Source: Pseudovirgaria hyperparasitica
Taxonomy: Eukaryota
Direction: 5' to 3' (one strand)
Assembly: GCA_010093815.1 (NCBI GenBank)
Contig: ML996566.1
DNA: 64,000 nt
Under the pieces are notes generated by a model. That model was not told the DNA's origin, ran no database searches, and was given only the letters and a program-made list of their open reading frames with translations. Numbering within the stretch: position 1 is the first letter of the stretch; each line of letters begins with the position of its first letter. Shown piece after piece: positions 59,070 through 64,000 of the stretch. Position numbers and translations under genes: made by a program.

Positions 59070-60144
59070 TGGGATAGGAAAATGAGGTCATGAATTTATG
59101 TGATATTACCTTTTATAGCGATATACCCTAGGGATCAGGACCATCAAAACGGCCAAAAAGCAAGCAGAATTAATACAGTTGAGTCACAGACTTTGAGTAC
59201 TCTATCTTTCTATATAGTAACAGATCTTACCTATGCTAAATGCTCAATAGCGACGGTGAGAGACATCTTACATTATCCACCCTTGTCATGCATCCCCGTT
59301 TTTACATTTGCTACTCTCTCAACGCACAGCCGTCTTCCTAAAGTGTGTCTTACTGTTGTGTAGTCGCAATGAGAGCTCGTCATGCGATATCAGCCGGGTG
59401 GCGAATATCAAAAATGCGTACACGTTTTACGACATGACACGCTGATGACCTCGCGCATATGCAGTGTGACCTGACGAGGGGTATAATGGCAGCTAGAGTG
59501 GAAGGCGAGCACGCGACTATTTTGTGAATTATTTGCCAGTCAGTGTCTCCTCACAACAGGGTTCTCCACTACTTCTGGTATACTTGTACTCTCATTTAAT
59601 TAGAGATCAGGTCAAGATTTTAATTCAGCGATCTACTGTGGATCACCAGGCAGAGGTATCACATCGTTTTTCGCCTTCGTGCGAACTAGAACTTTCGAAC
59701 CACTCCCGAGACGGGGTACCGGCGCCATTATGCAGGGACAGGTTCGCTGCTTCGTGTCTGCACGACGATGGAGCGATGAGCTCCACTGAAGCGTCATCTT
59801 TGGCGGCCTTCAAGCAGCAGTATTCGGCAGAAGTGCAGCATCATGACCAAGAGGCGACAGGGGTACGCATACACACGGCAAGTCAAGCGGACTATCAACG
59901 GAAAGAGAACGATGGGAAGATGTTGTGAAGAGAGTAGATTGGTATGGTAATTAGTGTGTAATTAAACTAAAGGTTGGGAAAAGCCAGGGGAGTGTTTTAC
60001 CGCACGCCACATACAGGACTGGCGAGTCGTTGAATTGTTTTTGGTCCTGTCGCCCTGAATATTAATTACCTTCTTACTGGAAAGGGGTCACGATGTTGGC
60101 GGGGCAGGTACGCTAAAAGGACTGGGCGTCACTTCTCTTTTTCA

Positions 60145-60150
60145 CACGTG
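60145..60150. promoter_or_regulatory. CACGTG E-box (Pho4/NUC-1 type) upstream of GDE1
   Basis: Exact hexamer about 640 bp before the ATG. Confidence 0.4.
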
Positions 60151-60786
60151 CAACACCCAGAGCCTTTCACTCGTATTTATTACTATTGCTGTACCACTCA
60201 CTGCACTACCACCACCACTACTACTACTTACTACCTTACCACTGTAACAAGAATAAGCAATTATATCTTCAAATCTACTTCACGCCCTTCCTCGTTCACC
60301 ATGCTAGCTTCTTAGGCCATCATTGGCATCTTACTTTGCGTTTGCGCCAGCCCCGACTCTTTCCTTCCAGCTCTCGCTGCCATACGTGCATATGACTGCT
60401 CTTAAGCATCATTCGTACTGAGGCATCTTCTTGCCCAAGGCACTTCCGCCCGGACAGCGCGAGCTCCAATTAGATCCTGGTATTAAGCCACGACCCTCAC
60501 CAAGCCATCATAACATATCTGATACTGAATCCCTCCGTCCCGCTAAAAGCCGCTCTTGTCTCGCTCCATTTCCGACACTGCCCGACATATATAATACACT
60601 ACATCACATTGCGCATTGACAAGCAATAACCTCCTGTCACATCAATTTCACTTCCCTGGGCGTCACATATTGACTTTTCTTGGCTTTCGCGCTCTGACCG
60701 TGGAATCGCCAACGCGAATCTTTCTCTATTGAAATTCGCACCCGCTTTATACAGCTTTTCATCACCAATGGTGGACTAAATACACG

Positions 60787-63700
60787 ATGAAGTTCGGTCA
60801 TAACCTACCAAGGAACCAAGTTCCCGAGTGGGCTTCGTCTTATATTAACTACAAGGGCTTGAAGAAACTTATCAAGTCAGCACAAGAAACGGAGCGACAA
60901 GGCAACGAGGCTGATCTGGTTGGTAAGTGACTGCGATTGTGATGGTTCTTCAGGAGAACTGAAGCTCTATCTCGTACCACCCCGCTTTTTGGAGGGGAGC
61001 TCTGACCAGTGTCAGAGTTTTTCTTCTCGCTTGATCGCAACTTAGAGGACGTGGACAGCTTCTATTCGAAGAAATATGGGGAATCGGCGCGCCGACTGCG
61101 ACTTCTTCATGATCGTTACGGTCGAATGATCAAAGAACCGGACGGTCTTGATAAGGAAGAGGTCGATGATCTCATGGGAGCATTGTTAGAGCTCAGGGGC
61201 CAATTAAGAAAACTGCAATGGTACGGTGAAGTCAATCGTCGCGGCTTTGTAAAAATCACGAAGAAGCTGGACAAGAAAGTACCAAACTCCTCGGCTCAGA
61301 GACAATATCTAGCCTCCAAGGTCGATCCGAAGCCTTTCGCTACCAACAATCTTCTGGCTGCGGATGTAAAAGCAATTAATGATTGGCTTTCGGCGCTCGG
61401 AGACGCGAAGACTTTTGATGATGCGGGATCAGTTGGCTCAATTTCCTCTATGCGAAGAGGCACTTCTCGGGCGGCATTGAATCTCTCCCAATCCTTTCTG
61501 GACGAATTAGAACAGACCATTCGAGCTGACGATGCGGACACATTAATGGCTAAGCTAGCCGAGATCAAGACAGAGGAGGATCATGCGAGCGCTGCCTATC
61601 AGCAGCTTCTGCTTAACCTACTTCAACGCGCGATTTCGTGCAAATGCAGGAAAACGCTAGTTGCCCTGCTGCCAATCATTGACTCTTTGGAAGAGGACGA
61701 CGATATGAACAAGCGAAATTGTATCCATCGGCTGGTGATCTCTATTGGGAGAATCAAATCTGTCGACACACCCTCAAATTCAGGGGCACATAAGCCGTCG
61801 CCTGCGGAGGCGCCGAGCTTCATTGTGCCTGCAGCATCGCCAATGTTGGTACCGGCGCCCTGCGCAACGACCGAGCAAGAATCCGCACAGTTCCTCGGGA
61901 AACAAGATGAGATGGTCCGGCTGTTGACATTCCTGCTCGATAACCTAGAGCCAGAACAGCGAAAATCACTTGGTTCACGAGATGCATATGGACGGCTGCC
62001 TCTGCATTATGCAGCACAATATGGGTTCGTCGTGATATGCCAAGAAGTCATCAAACATATGCAAGACTGGGGTCAATTCGATGTCTCTCACTCAATAGAT
62101 TCTGAAGACTGGCAGGACGCTGAGGGCTACGCGCCGCTCCATCTTAGCGTGATCGGCGGTCATGCCCTGACTGCTAAGTGCCTACTAGATGCTGAGAGGT
62201 GGAAAGGTGCGTCTTATGAGATGCGAGATACCAGGAAACGTATAGACAAATCCGGGGCAGTACTGATGTTAGCCACGAAATCGAATGCAATCTCCATCGT
62301 AGAACTTCTTGTCGAAGCTGGTGTCGATATAAACCATACTGATGAGCAGGGTGAAACCGCTCTCCATGTGGCCGCACACTTTGGCCACACTAGATGTGCC
62401 GAAATTCTGCTTAAGGGGACCGACGACCAGAAAGCCGATGTCAACATACCAGAAACGACATTTGGGTGGACTCCGCTCTTCGTTGCTAGCGTTGATGGCA
62501 ACCTCTCCGTTGTAGAACTTCTGATTGGCGCTGGGGCAGACGTAGATAGGGTTGATCTATCTGGGTGGTCTGCCAAAGAACATGCAGCACTCAGGGGTCA
62601 CCTGGGAATAGCTCAGAAAATTGCGAGTCTATCACCTTTACCGGAACTGTCCACGTCGGACACGTCTTCACCCAATAGCTCTCCACCCCAGACACCAGCC
62701 CTCGGGCCTCAACGCATAAACGGAAAGCACGGCAAAATCCATACTGAAGCAACCAAGACATTTGGACATCGATATCTCACCAATCAAAGTATGATACTAG
62801 TCAGTTTGGGCAGTATGGACTCCAGGAAGAACTTTCCTGCAGTAAAACTAGAAGATATTCCCTTGACAGACGCGCACTCTACACAGCTTGACACCGCTCT
62901 GTCGATTGTGGTATCAGCCAATGGCGCGTCTGGTGAGCCTACCATCATCGATCTTCCTGTGCAAGAAAACATCAGCACAACCCCAATCACATTCATGACG
63001 TCCGACGCTTCGAAAGTTAAGCTTTTGTTTGACATTGTCCCGACCTATGCAGGTTCAAAGGATCGAGTCGTAGGCCGGGGAGTTGCCTTGCTGTCCACAA
63101 TCAGGCCAAATGTTGGCTCCAGAAGAATCTCTTTACAGGGTGATATTAGTGTCCCTGTCATGGCGGCCAGCACGCTGGACGTTATCGGCTCTGTGAATTT
63201 CAATTTCTTGATTATTACGCCGTTCCAGCATCCTAATATGTCTCTAACCGAAGACCGCACATATTGGAAAAGTATGGAAGATTCGACAATGGTTATCGGG
63301 CATCGAGGTAAACACGTCGTATCATTTGACTGGTGCTTTCTCAAACTTTCCAATAGGCATGGGCAAGAATCAGGCGGCTCAGAGGTCACTACAATTGGGT
63401 GAGAATACCATTGAGGTTTGTCGGTCTTTTCGTTTGCGAAACGTTTCTCTTAACGGTCGGTGCAGTCCTTCATAGCTGCCGCAAATTTGGGAGCTTCATA
63501 CGTCGAGGTAAGTCAGTCTGAAACTTCACACGGAATTCGCTAATGAGACTGTAGTTCGGTAAGAATTCCCCTAATGAGCCTGTGCTATCTCTGACGCATA
63601 ACAGATGTGCAGTTGACGAAGGATCATGTACCCGTCATTTATCATGACTTTCTTGTCAGCGAGACGGGCATAGATGCTCCTGTTCATACCCTCACTCTAG

Positions 63701-64000
63701 AGCAGGTAGGAGTTTCTGATGGGAATTGAAAGCACGACTGACATCCGTAGTTCCTACATGTGAGCGAACAGCGTACTCCTCGACATTCTCGTCCAGTCTC
63801 TCCTTCCGAGTACAAAGATCCTTCGAATAAGGGTTCGAAGGAAGGTCATCGAACACGATCCTACTCTGTGGGTTTACCACATGATGCTCGAAACACTGAC
63901 ATGAGCGAACGGATGAAGCACACGCGTGACTTCAAAGAAAAGGGCTTCAAAGGTAACAGTCGGGGTAACGCGATTCAGGCGCCTTTCACAACTCTCGAAG
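60787..64000 (+). CDS. GDE1: Glycerophosphocholine phosphodiesterase Gde1 (SPX + ankyrin + GDPD); runs off the window end
   Basis: MKFGHNLPRNQVPEW..YINYKGLKKLIK SPX, ankyrin repeats, VIGHRG, GENT, YVEFDVQLTKD. Introns 60923-61015, 63308-63356, 63416-63465, 63508-63554, 63559-63604, 63706-63750. Confidence 0.96.

Overview
Eukaryotic DNA from a filamentous ascomycete (Pezizomycotina; class not determinable here). Evidence: short GT-AG introns with CTRAC/CTAAC branch sites and fungal protein families. About 25 protein-coding genes were reconstructed by hand. They include ORC1, PRP46, the cpcA/GCN4 amino-acid-control bZIP, APS kinase, RAD10/ERCC1, ROX3/MED19, VPS24, p23/SBA1, FAM50/XAP5, a PAP2 phosphatase, a CFEM protein, a secreted HEXXH zinc protease and the 5' part of GDE1. 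No tRNA, rRNA, CRISPR array or intact transposon was recognised. Best leads: (1) a 1258-nt ORC1 intron packed with nested hairpins, including a C-UUCG-G tetraloop and a 10-bp stem pairing a cryptic in-frame splice acceptor with an in-frame UGA; (2) the cpcA leader, with two uORFs, a stop-free in-frame extension, a well-placed ACG codon and three upstream TGACTCA sites; (3) a palindrome, TAATTA, strongly over-represented in non-coding DNA; (4) an identical 14-bp double-MCB element before ORC1 and before an orphan UBA/AT-hook gene; (5) a 4-nt microexon in the GDE1 catalytic motif; (6) an orientation-independent C-to-G skew flip inside several genes. All calls are from reading the sequence; no database search or folding program was run.
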